A DNA stretch of 64,000 bases, taken from Microcystaceae cyanobacterium (lineage in GTDB: Bacteria; Cyanobacteriota; Cyanobacteriia; Cyanobacteriales; Microcystaceae). The stretch covers positions 1 to 64,000 of the forward strand of contig JBGTGT010000054.1 in the NCBI GenBank assembly GCA_041746575.1, written 5' to 3'. The notes under the pieces are model-generated. The model was given only the letters and a program-made list of their open reading frames with translations, was not told where the DNA came from and searched no databases. Positions 10,246 to 18,830 of this stretch are shown piece after piece. The first letter of the stretch is position 1. Each line of letters starts with the position of its first letter. A program made the translations under genes and the position numbers.

Positions 10246-12606
10246 TTAAAGATAAAAATCTCGTTCATGGGTAATTTTTTGCGTATATTCAACTCCAAAT
10301 TCATGTTTTAAAATCGCGCGAGTTGCTTGCATTCCTGAAATAACCGTCGGTTCAACGGCACCCGCATTAAAACCATTATCAATCCAATCTCCTGCTAAAT
10401 AAAGGCGATTAAATCCCGATTTATCCGTCTTGAGACGATACTTAATACTGCCGGGTAATGACATCACATAACGTTCAGTTGGAATAATATTAATACGCCA
10501 ATATTGTTCATAAAAGCGATTAACGCCTTCACTGCCATTACAATCTACTAATAAGTTCCAATCTAACCCTTGAGGATTAGCTGGCGTGGTTGCTTGCGGC
10601 CACAGATAACCCATATTATTTGATAAAAAATGGAGGGTATCTTGATGAATTTTATCTTGTTGTTGTTGAGGAAATTGATCATTTTCGGGTGGCGCAATAC
10701 CAGGGTCAGGAATTACCCCTGTAAAGTAAGCTAAGTTATAAGGAAAATCTTCACATTGCCAGTTTTCCCGCTCAATTAAATAAGTCATATCGGCATAGGT
10801 ATCTAGGGGTTCAACATAAGAGCCTAAAACGGGACTTTGACGTTGCCAACCGAGTTGAGATAAGGTTTCTTTTAACCATAATTGTCCCCCTTGAGTAGTG
10901 ACGGTTTTGACGTGTGTAATCATGTCTCGCCATGCTTGGCTTGCCGCCATTAATTCAGGACAAATATAAGGCAGTGCGGCAATTGAAATACCTAATACAA
11001 CAATATCAAAATCCTGTTCTGCTTTAAGGGTAATTTGTTCAACAGGTTGCCATGTCGTCCAAAAAGATTCAAGAGGATTGTTAAAAGGATTTTCAGCAGT
11101 TATTGTCCTTAATGTTTCTCCTTGCTCTAATTGTTCATAAAGCGGTTCAGATGGCCAGCTAAGAAGTCGTTTTACTTCAATTAATGGTTGATATTCAGCT
11201 TGATTTTTAACCGTTGCTTGGATATTAATTTTAATGGTTTCAATCGACTTTCTATCTTCTGATAGTCCTAAATTAGCGACATTATGAAAGAACTTAAACT
11301 TAACACCTCGACGTTTTAAAACCTCATACAATGGCGTAAGTACAACATCTCCCATCCCTGCTTGCATTTTCCACATAATAGCACCTTCGTATTCAAAAAG
11401 CATTTTACTAATAGCACGAAGAGCAACTCCTGCGGCAAGACGGGGTTTTTTGATATCACCATTTTCATAACCGTAAACGAGATCATAAATCATTCTGACG
11501 GGAGGGGATTGAATCGTCATTTCTAACGCACCGTGCCGTCTTAACCAATCGGCATAATCATAGTTATTCAAACTATCAAAGCATCCTTTTAAAAGAATGC
11601 CATCTGCTAATAACCCTCGAATATTAGACATGCCAAAATTGAGTAAAATCAGCCGTCGGCGAAGATAATCATTCTCTAATAATCGTTCATTGGCATAAAT
11701 CGGTTCCATTAAGGATCTCAAAGAAGATAAAATATTACCTAACAACTGGGAATACAACGTAATCACATCTTCTTGAACGTCTTCAATATCTCGAATTAAA
11801 AAAGAAATAATTCGCAAAGCGAGCGCAAACAAACCGCTTCCCGATGTCATGTTCGGCACTTCATTAACGGCAGTTTCTAAATCCTGTTGGCGACGTTCGT
11901 ACCATTCCCCCTCAACTAAACGAAAAGGCTTTTCAATGACCGATTGTAATAAAAGATAAGGAACAAACGGTAAAGCCGGCAGAACAGCAGGAAATAATTG
12001 CCACGTTTTTAATCGGGTAATTTTTAATAAAAAGCTTGTAAAAACATCATTTGATTGTTGTGGATTTTGAGATAACCAATCACCCGATTTTAAGGTAGGA
12101 GATTCATTCCAAACTTGATACATATAGCGTAAGGCCGTTTCGATATGTTCTAGAATAGAATGACTGGCTCCCCCTTCCCAAGGCACTAAGTTATTGGTCG
12201 GAAAGTTAGTATCCCAAGGTACCCAACGATTTTGATAAAATTCTTGTAACGAGACAAAACTGTGGGGTTTAAAGGCATCAGAAACCGATTGAAACGGACC
12301 ATTTCCGCCTAACTCTTCATAAGCTTGTTTTAGAATGCGAAAGGCATCTTCATAGAAGCCAAAAAAGATATGCAATCCGTGTTCTTCAATGCGATAATTG
12401 GGGATATCACGATTTTCTCCTTGAGAAGGTTTTACATTGCGGCCGCTTGCGCATTTTCCCCCTAAACGCCACCCCATTTGATAAACAGTAATCTCATAAA
12501 GAGCGTTCCAATTGGGTTGATTAGTGAGTTCCCAAACCGTTACTAAAGAACCTAATCCACCTCCTAAAACGGCAATTTTCTTTTTTTTGGGAAGCATATC
12601 TTTCAT
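10246..12606 (-). CDS. Large FAD/NAD(P)-binding oxidoreductase (COG3349 / carotene desaturase-like superfamily)
   Basis: Rossmann IAVLGGGLG; WRLGGK; EEHGLHIFFGFY; C-terminal LYLAGDW...AGAVE..ISG. RBS AGGAG at 12616-12620 precedes ATG 12606. Confidence 0.8.
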   Translation of the reverse strand: MKDMLPKKKKIAVLGGGLGSLVTVWELTNQPNWNALYEITVYQMGWRLGGKCASGRNVKPSQGENRDIPNYRIEEHGLHIFFGFYEDAFRILKQAYEELGGNGPFQSVSDAFKPHSFVSLQEFYQNRWVPWDTNFPTNNLVPWEGGASHSILEHIETALRYMYQVWNESPTLKSGDWLSQNPQQSNDVFTSFLLKITRLKTWQLFPAVLPALPFVPYLLLQSVIEKPFRLVEGEWYERRQQDLETAVNEVPNMTSGSGLFALALRIISFLIRDIEDVQEDVITLYSQLLGNILSSLRSLMEPIYANERLLENDYLRRRLILLNFGMSNIRGLLADGILLKGCFDSLNNYDYADWLRRHGALEMTIQSPPVRMIYDLVYGYENGDIKKPRLAAGVALRAISKMLFEYEGAIMWKMQAGMGDVVLTPLYEVLKRRGVKFKFFHNVANLGLSEDRKSIETIKINIQATVKNQAEYQPLIEVKRLLSWPSEPLYEQLEQGETLRTITAENPFNNPLESFWTTWQPVEQITLKAEQDFDIVVLGISIAALPYICPELMAASQAWRDMITHVKTVTTQGGQLWLKETLSQLGWQRQSPVLGSYVEPLDTYADMTYLIERENWQCEDFPYNLAYFTGVIPDPGIAPPENDQFPQQQQDKIHQDTLHFLSNNMGYLWPQATTPANPQGLDWNLLVDCNGSEGVNRFYEQYWRINIIPTERYVMSLPGSIKYRLKTDKSGFNRLYLAGDWIDNGFNAGAVEPTVISGMQATRAILKHEFGVEYTQKITHERDFYL

Positions 12607-12669
12607 AAAAAACAACTCCTAAATTTGCGACCAAAACAAAGTCAAGAAACAGATACGTAGTCAATCTTA

Positions 12670-13449
12670 TTAAGTTAAAGAGGGTAATTGCAAAACCCAA
12701 GAATTAATCATTTGAAACGCCCCTAATTCAACTTGATCAATTCCTTTAATTATATAATGGCTTCCTGCTTGTAAACCGGGAATAAATGGGTTAGCAATTT
12801 TTACTTCAGCCTGAATCGGACGAATCATTGCTTCCGCAAAATTCCAGATAAAATTCGCGTAAACATAAGGCCCCGCACCAAACAACGTTTTGAGAATTAA
12901 AGGTTGATTCATTAGGGATTTAATGGTTTCAAAATTATTAAAACTTGACGCAGATTGATACTGTCCTGTAACCTCAAAATCCAACTGCATTAAAGGATCT
13001 CGCCAAGGAAAAGAACTCACTTCATAGGTCGGAAAAAAAGGATTTCCTACATTAAAACAAGCCATTTCTTTCGTAAATCCCCAAAAAACATCACCTCCAA
13101 AAATAGCAAGAGGATTATCTAAATTTAATTGAGCAATATACAAAAAATCCTGTTCAACCAAGGCAGGTTTATTAATTTCAGCCAATTGAACAAAAGGGAT
13201 AGAAACAGAACTTTCTAAGTAAGAAACATCATGAAAAAGCAATTGAAATTGACTGAGACTTGCATGCTGATGTTGACCAAAACCGAATAAAATCGGATGG
13301 GTATCAGAGGGGGTAATTTGTTGTTTTCCTAATTTTAATTCAGGGGGTAACATGGCTCGAACCCTGTCAATAGACATCGGCCAAACCACCCAATAAGCTG
13401 AATAAATTCCTTTCAAGACTAACTCTTGCAAAAAAGGAAAATGACTCAT
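12670..13449 (-). CDS. Acetoacetate decarboxylase (ADC)-fold protein
   Basis: VRAMLPPEL, YLES, and GDVFWGFTK (compare ADC GxExWGxPK Schiff-base Lys); RBS GGGAG before ATG 13449. Confidence 0.7.
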   Translation of the reverse strand: MSHFPFLQELVLKGIYSAYWVVWPMSIDRVRAMLPPELKLGKQQITPSDTHPILFGFGQHQHASLSQFQLLFHDVSYLESSVSIPFVQLAEINKPALVEQDFLYIAQLNLDNPLAIFGGDVFWGFTKEMACFNVGNPFFPTYEVSSFPWRDPLMQLDFEVTGQYQSASSFNNFETIKSLMNQPLILKTLFGAGPYVYANFIWNFAEAMIRPIQAEVKIANPFIPGLQAGSHYIIKGIDQVELGAFQMINSWVLQLPSLT

Positions 13450-13471
13450 AATTTTCTCCCAAAAATCCTGA

Positions 13472-14836
13472 TTATTCCTGCGTTTTCTGAGGCTGTCTAG
13501 TAAAATACTGCCGATAGAGTTCACAGTTAACCACAACCCCCCTTTCTGACGGTTTAATCATGCCCAAACTTCTCAGTTTATGAGTCATAATGGCTTCTAG
13601 CTGTACCGGTTCGTTTGCCTGAATCACCGTCAGTAACGACTGAAATAATTCGGGTTGCTGATTTAATACTATCCAATGTCGCTGTAAATGATTAAAATAA
13701 ATTCCGCTAGGCGTCGAAGCTGTCTCTAGCAACTGCTCTAAGGACATTTCCCGACAACTTAGATGATACAAGGCAATGTGAATGAGGGCAGGATGTCCCC
13801 CCACCAAATTCATCAATTGTCTGGCTTCCCCTTCCTGATAGCCGCTAAGCCCGTAACGTTGAGCGAGTTGCTGAACTTGGATTAAGCTGAATTCATCTAG
13901 CTGAATCGGTAAGCCGACATTAAACGGGGATTGATTAATTTGTAGAGGAACGTAGATTTCCGTATTGTGGACGACAATTAGTCTCAATTTCTGCCATAAA
14001 GGTAATCTTTGTGCATCTTCATAGCAAGAACGTAACAAAGGCAAAAAATCTTGGGCAATCTCAGAATACTCAAAAATTTGATTCATTTCATCTAAGGCTA
14101 ACACCAAAGGGGTCTCAATCTTCGAGAGTAAATACTCCTCAAAATACAACGTCCAATTCATTTTGCCATCGAGTTCTTCATCCCAATAATCAGCCAATTT
14201 AGGGTCAAGATCAAGTTTTCTGGCAATATACTTGCACAAACGCCGTAAGAATTGATTGAGATCATTAAAGGTCGCTTTATCGATTTTATCCAAACTGACT
14301 AAAACCGTTTGATAGTCATGGCGACGGCAATCTTCTAACAAACGTAAGAGAAGGGAGGTTTTCCCCATCTGTTGCGGCGCTTTAATTCGCACTAGAGAAC
14401 CCGATTTACGCAATTCTTGCAAAATTCGAGCTTCAAGATCCGTTAATGTTACATAAAAAGGAGAATTTAACGGCATCGCCCCACTGGGATAAGCAGAAGT
14501 TGCCAGCGTCGCATTTTTTGAGATATAAGGCGAAGAAATAGGCAAAGATTCCGCTAGACTTGGTATGCCTGCACTTTGTTCATACCATTGAAGGGCAGTC
14601 CGACAATTTCTTTTGGTAACGTTGCGACCAATCAGCAAGGACAATTTGCGATACAACTCTGGAGCCACCACATTACTAATATATCCGACACTATATCCCC
14701 CTGCTTCAGCAATATTAACGTAGGTTTGCTGATGATAAATTCCTTTTAATACTAAAATTTCCGCCGTATTAACGGGATGCTCTCGAATTTTTAGTAAATT
14801 TAAGTTGATCGTTTCGATTAGCGCATCAAAATTCAT
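13472..14836 (-). CDS. N-terminal winged-HTH + AAA-35 (AAA-like) ATPase
   Basis: HTH-like EILVLKGIY..QTY..IAE..GYS.GYI.NVVAPELYRKLS..IGR.VTKRN; ATPase YPSG.MPL.SPFY, RIKAPQQMGKTSLL, LALDE, NQSPFNVG, GGHP; likely ATG 14836. Confidence 0.85.
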   Translation of the reverse strand: MNFDALIETINLNLLKIREHPVNTAEILVLKGIYHQQTYVNIAEAGGYSVGYISNVVAPELYRKLSLLIGRNVTKRNCRTALQWYEQSAGIPSLAESLPISSPYISKNATLATSAYPSGAMPLNSPFYVTLTDLEARILQELRKSGSLVRIKAPQQMGKTSLLLRLLEDCRRHDYQTVLVSLDKIDKATFNDLNQFLRRLCKYIARKLDLDPKLADYWDEELDGKMNWTLYFEEYLLSKIETPLVLALDEMNQIFEYSEIAQDFLPLLRSCYEDAQRLPLWQKLRLIVVHNTEIYVPLQINQSPFNVGLPIQLDEFSLIQVQQLAQRYGLSGYQEGEARQLMNLVGGHPALIHIALYHLSCREMSLEQLLETASTPSGIYFNHLQRHWIVLNQQPELFQSLLTVIQANEPVQLEAIMTHKLRSLGMIKPSERGVVVNCELYRQYFTRQPQKTQE

Positions 14837-14899
14837 AGACGAGTGAATTAGGAAGGAAATTTTAGCAAAATGACAAGGCAAGGTAACTTTCTTATTGTG

Positions 14900-14990
14900 A
14901 CCGAAAAAGGGGAGATCGATATGAGATTGTTATGAGATATACATGAAGTTTTTTGAATCTTATGAGATAAAGCTGAGATTTACCGAAAAA
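14900..14990. promoter_or_regulatory. Phased direct-repeat array (core TATGAGAT, ~11-bp period), candidate operator
   Basis: TATGAGAT at 14920, 14931 and 14961; variants GGAGAT 14911, CATGAAGT 14942, TTTGAATC 14952, GCTGAGAT 14972; flanked by ACCGAAAAA at 14900 and 14982. Confidence 0.55.
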
Positions 14991-15234
14991 TAAGTCCGTT
15001 ATTGCCCCATTGTTGCCTCAATATTCATGAGAAAAACCTTAATTATATAGATTGTTTCTGGCTTGTCGTACGATTATCCTAGAAAGTAACCATTACATCC
15101 TCTGGCTCAATTTTTTGAGGAAAAATTTACGCCCCTGCCTTCTCTTCCTAATCTTTCTAGACAAAAGGAATCTTGATATCTTCTCACTCGCCGCTTAAAG
15201 CAATAATGACTTTTAGACAAAAAGGAGCAAAAAA

Positions 15235-15654
15235 ATGGAACTTCGCTATTGTATTCTGCAAAAAAGATATCTGAAAGCCACCCCTCAGCAAGGATATCAA
15301 AAATTAGTGAATCGCTTATCCCTCATGCTCTTAGAATATCCCCCCATTGGCCGAAAATTCAAGCGAACTGCAAGACATCGTCGCTACATTGTCTGCTTAA
15401 CGCAACAAATTTTAGCAGATATTCTGCGCAATGACACTAAAATTCAAACTGAGATTCAATGGATCGAAAAATTTACTGATAATTCTTACTTAAGACAGGC
15501 TTTACTTTTTGCCGTATTAGAAGAATATTGTGGCCGAATGATTGAAGATCAACCTTTTTTATTACATCATTTGCGGACACTTTGCCCGTCTCTGCATTCG
15601 ACGGCTAAATGGACTTACGATGGGGACTTATTTACCATTCCTTGTGCCGCCTGA
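15235..15654 (+). CDS. Short protein resembling the N-terminal/central part of cyanobacterial HetZ-related protein 2
   Basis: RBS AGGAG; MELRYCILQKRYL..GYQKLVNRL and LRQALLFAVLEEYC...QPFL resemble remembered family motifs (YRYRILxQRYL; LRNALLFASxEEYC..NQPLL). Confidence 0.55.
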   Translation: MELRYCILQKRYLKATPQQGYQKLVNRLSLMLLEYPPIGRKFKRTARHRRYIVCLTQQILADILRNDTKIQTEIQWIEKFTDNSYLRQALLFAVLEEYCGRMIEDQPFLLHHLRTLCPSLHSTAKWTYDGDLFTIPCAA

Positions 15655-15801
15655 AGGGCGATTAGAAAATTTTGCTCTATTTTCTTGATTTTTAATTTAT
15701 TTTTGCCGACTGACAGACCCTTACTTTAAGCGTTTATCCCATCGACCCGCTTATAATAAAGAATAATTTAAAAAATTGCTGTTCTTTTGCTCCGTTCAAT
15801 A

Positions 15802-16428
15802 ATGCAAACTCACCCCTCACTCCCTGCCACCTTATCCCTACACCGTACCGCAACTATCAGCCGTACCACAAAAGAAACCGATGTAAACGTTAGTATAAGC
15901 TTAGACGGGCAAGGAAAGTGTCATTCTGATACAGGAATCCCTTTTCTTGACCACATGTTGCACCAAATCGCTTCCCATAGCTTAATTGATTTAGAAGTCA
16001 CCGCAACAGGCGATATTGAAATCGACGACCACCATACCAACGAAGATGTCGGCATTACCCTCGGACAAGCCTTAAACAAAGCAGTCAGCGATCGCCGTGG
16101 CATCCACCGTTTTGGTCATTTTATCGCTCCCCTAGACGAAGCCTTAGTGCAAGTTGCCCTCGACTTTTCGGGTCGTCCTCACCTCAGTTATGGCTTAAAT
16201 ATTCCCACCGACCGAGTCGGAACCTATGACACTCAGTTAGTACGAGAATTTTTTGTCGCTTTAGTCAATCATAGTCAAATTACCCTTCATATCCGCCAAT
16301 TAGACGGCATTAATTCCCATCATATCATCGAAGCCACTTTCAAAGCCGTTGCGCGGGCGATGCGGATGGCTCTAGAAATTGACCCCCGTCGCATGGATAG
16401 TATTCCCAGTTCTAAAGGGGTTTTATAA
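15802..16428 (+). CDS. hisB: Imidazoleglycerol-phosphate dehydratase
   Basis: [48 protein letters not shown]. Confidence 0.97.
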   Translation: MQTHPSLPATLSLHRTATISRTTKETDVNVSISLDGQGKCHSDTGIPFLDHMLHQIASHSLIDLEVTATGDIEIDDHHTNEDVGITLGQALNKAVSDRRGIHRFGHFIAPLDEALVQVALDFSGRPHLSYGLNIPTDRVGTYDTQLVREFFVALVNHSQITLHIRQLDGINSHHIIEATFKAVARAMRMALEIDPRRMDSIPSSKGVL

Positions 16429-16506
16429 GAGGTCACCCGTTAAAATCATTGGCAAAGACAAAGCAAAGAGCAACCGTCTTAAATTTATTTAAACCCGTAA
16501 AATCGC

Positions 16507-17178
16507 ATGTCCTTAGAAGAATTACGTCAAAGAGTGCAAAAACTCGCCCAAGCCTCCCAAGAAAAAGGAGATGCAACAAGTTGGTTTGAGACACTCTATC
16601 AATCGGCACAAGGCGATACCACCCAGATTCCTTGGGCAAAACTAATTCCTCATCCCTGCCTGAAAAATTGGTTAAATTCTCGCCGTATTCAGTCCAATCA
16701 GACTGCATTAGTGATTGGTTGTGGTTTAGGGGATGATGCCGAAGCCTTAAGTCAAAAGGGGTATGCCGTCACGGCGTTTGATATTTCTCCTACTGCCATC
16801 GCTTGGTGTCGTCAGCGTTTCCCTGACTCAACGGTTGACTATCAAGTGGCCGATTTATTAGATTCAGCGAAAAATTGGGCAAAAAAGTTTGATTTTGTAT
16901 TTGAGTGTCGTACGATTCAAGCCCTACCCTTAACCTTGAGAGAAGATGTCATTAGAGCGATCGCCGCTTTAGTCTCTTCTCAAGGTATATTACTGCTAGT
17001 AACCCGTATTCGAGACACCGAAGATCCCCCATCTGGCCCTCCCTGGCCGTTATCAGAAAAGGAATTAAATCAATTTACAGCTTTAGGACTCGAAGAAAAA
17101 AGTCGTCAGCCCTACCTTGACCCCATTAACGGCATGATTCCTCAAGTTTGTCTTGAATATGAGACGTTAATTTCCTAA
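16507..17178 (+). CDS. Class I SAM-dependent methyltransferase (TPMT-like)
   Basis: LVIGCGLGDDA, AFDISPTAI, GPPWPLS. Confidence 0.88.
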   Translation: MSLEELRQRVQKLAQASQEKGDATSWFETLYQSAQGDTTQIPWAKLIPHPCLKNWLNSRRIQSNQTALVIGCGLGDDAEALSQKGYAVTAFDISPTAIAWCRQRFPDSTVDYQVADLLDSAKNWAKKFDFVFECRTIQALPLTLREDVIRAIAALVSSQGILLLVTRIRDTEDPPSGPPWPLSEKELNQFTALGLEEKSRQPYLDPINGMIPQVCLEYETLIS

Positions 17179-17251
17179 TTTTTAGAGAAACCGAATATCT
17201 TTAGAGATAGGGAAGTTCGTGAGGCTTTTTATCAAGCAAGACGTTCCCTTG

Positions 17252-17341
17252 GTTTTGAACCATAATCTTGCCACCTGCGTTTTGAACCATAACCTTACCA
17301 AAACGGCAAACTTATCGTTCAAGTTATAACAACTTATGGTT
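17252..17341. repeat. Direct and inverted TTGAACCATAA-core repeats next to the tRNA-Leu 3' end
   Basis: GTTTTGAACCATAATCTTGCCA (17252-17273) and GTTTTGAACCATAACCTTACCA (17279-17300); inverted TTATCGTTCAA (17312-17322) and TTATGGTT (17334-17341). Confidence 0.6.
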
Positions 17342-17358
17342 GTCGTCTCAAAGTTAAA

Positions 17359-17661
17359 TGGGGGCAGAGAGACTTGAACTCTCACGACCTTGCGGTCAAC
17401 GGATTTTCATTCTCTGTGTAACTTTCGTTACGGCATTAGCTTTGAGAATTGGACTCTCCCTTTACCCTCAGCATCATCTGTTAGGGTAGCTCCCGTCGAG
17501 TCTCTGCACCTTCCTCAAAATTTTGAGGCTTGGCTCAGGATTGCCTTATCTAACAAGCTAGACTTAGGTTTCCCTGAATTTGAGAGCTTACACTTAACCC
17601 GTTTCCTGATTAAGGCTCAATTTCCTTAAGTCCGTAGCGTCTACCATTCCGCCACGCCCCC
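17359..17661 (-). tRNA. trnL: tRNA-Leu(UAA), split by a group I intron (exon 1 17661-17628, exon 2 17407-17359)
   Basis: Exon 1 GGGGGCGTGGCGGAATGGTAGACGCTACGGACTT; exon 2 AAAATCCGTTGACCGCAAGGTCGTGAGAGTTCAAGTCTCTCTGCCCCCA; joined anticodon loop CTTAAAA. Confidence 0.96.
17408..17627 (-). ncRNA. Self-splicing group I intron (trnL type), 220 nt, no homing endonuclease ORF
   Basis: Conserved core elements AAATTCAGGGAAACC, AATCCTGAGC, GTGCAGAGACTCGA, GGGAGAGTCC; ends in GAATG; inserted between U34 and A35. Confidence 0.95.
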
Positions 17662-17828
17662 TTAAGTTGGTGTCAGCTTTTAACCGACAATTACTGATGA
17701 TAGCATACCTTATGGATCATTTAGCAAATGATTTTATGAGAAAAATTTCCGGTTCACGGAGTAAGTAAGTTAAAATGACCCTAGTTATCCTTAACGCTCA
17801 TCAGCTATCTTGACAAAAGTATTGTTTT

Positions 17829-18077
17829 ATGGATGTAATTCTTTCTAAAGTGACCGAAGAAACCCTATTAGCGGCGTTCCTTTACCTAGGGTTAAGTGTT
17901 TTATATCTTCTCATTATTCCCCTTTTCCTCTACTTCTATTTACAACGTCGCTGGTACGTCGCTAGTTCTATCGAACGGACGTTTATGTATTTTTTGGTGT
18001 TTCTCTTTTTTCCCGGACTATTACTTCTCAGTCCAATTCTCAATTTTCGTCCTAAAAGACGCACTTTAAACGCTTAA
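17829..18077 (+). CDS. ndhL: NAD(P)H-quinone oxidoreductase subunit L
   Basis: [42 protein letters not shown] signature. Confidence 0.95.
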   Translation: MDVILSKVTEETLLAAFLYLGLSVLYLLIIPLFLYFYLQRRWYVASSIERTFMYFLVFLFFPGLLLLSPILNFRPKRRTLNA

Positions 18078-18094
18078 TCATCATTTAAAGAAAT

Positions 18095-18409
18095 ATGCGC
18101 AGAATTGATGTTATTTTCATCGGTATTATCGTCTTAATCGTGGGAGGAGGCATTTATTTTTTATTGCAATTTTTGGGGGTTGATCAACTGTCGGCAGGAA
18201 TTTGGAGTCAAAGCATTCTCGTTTTAGGTTTAGTCGGATGGACATTAACCTATTTATTGCGAGTTTTTACCAAAAATATGACCTATCACCAACAAATCAA
18301 AGAATATGAGGAGGCAGTCATTCAAAAACGCCTAGAAGAAATGACACCAGAAGAGATTGCTCAATTACAAAAAGAAATTGAACAAGAAAAACAAAATTTT
18401 GAAGTTTAA
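18095..18409 (+). CDS. DUF3007 family protein
   Basis: MRRIDV.., AGIWSQ, YLLRVFTKNMTYHQQ..YEEAV.QKRLEEMTPEE; typical neighbour of ndhL. Confidence 0.88.
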   Translation: MRRIDVIFIGIIVLIVGGGIYFLLQFLGVDQLSAGIWSQSILVLGLVGWTLTYLLRVFTKNMTYHQQIKEYEEAVIQKRLEEMTPEEIAQLQKEIEQEKQNFEV

Positions 18410-18419
18410 AACAGATTTT

Positions 18420-18797
18420 CTACAATAATCCCTCTAATTGGCGACGAATGCGATCTAACTCATCGGAAGACATTTCTGAGCTTTTCTCTTCCCCATCGGA
18501 GGAAGACGCTTGATTCCAGTCTAATTCATCGGCATTTTGTTCCGGAGGAATGGTCAATTTTCCTTCTGAGATTATTTCCCAGTCATAATCTGCCTGACGA
18601 CAAAACGCTTCAATTTCATCGGAGTCAATCCGCTCAACGTTAGGAGAGGGAAAATCTTGTGCTTCTAAGAGTAAGGCATAACGAGTGGCATCCTCTTCTG
18701 ACTCAAACATTAAGATTTTATGGCGATCGCCAACTTGCAAGGTATGAATTCCCTCGTTATCAGTACCAGCGTTAAATAATAAGACGAATACACGCAT
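18420..18797 (-). CDS. DUF3110 family protein
   Basis: VFVLLFNAGTDNEGIH, MFESEEDATRYALLLEAQDF, ELDRIRRQLEGLL. Confidence 0.88.
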   Translation of the reverse strand: MRVFVLLFNAGTDNEGIHTLQVGDRHKILMFESEEDATRYALLLEAQDFPSPNVERIDSDEIEAFCRQADYDWEIISEGKLTIPPEQNADELDWNQASSSDGEEKSSEMSSDELDRIRRQLEGLL

Positions 18798-18830
18798 TTC
18801 CTTAGTTTTCTTTACACTCTTTAACAAAAA

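Noticed and set aside
10246..12606. Calling the flavoprotein zeta-carotene or phytoene desaturase (crtQ/crtP)
   Set aside because: Much longer than those enzymes, only N-terminal motif similarity, and no carotenoid gene context.
15086..15096. GTAACCATTAC palindrome as an NtcA site
   Set aside because: Spacing is GTA-N5-TAC, not the canonical GTA-N8-TAC.
17182..17629. ORFs 17182-17385 (-) and 17390-17629 (+) as a possible intron homing endonuclease
   Set aside because: They overlap tRNA/intron structural RNA, are short, and show no LAGLIDADG, HNH or GIY-YIG motifs.
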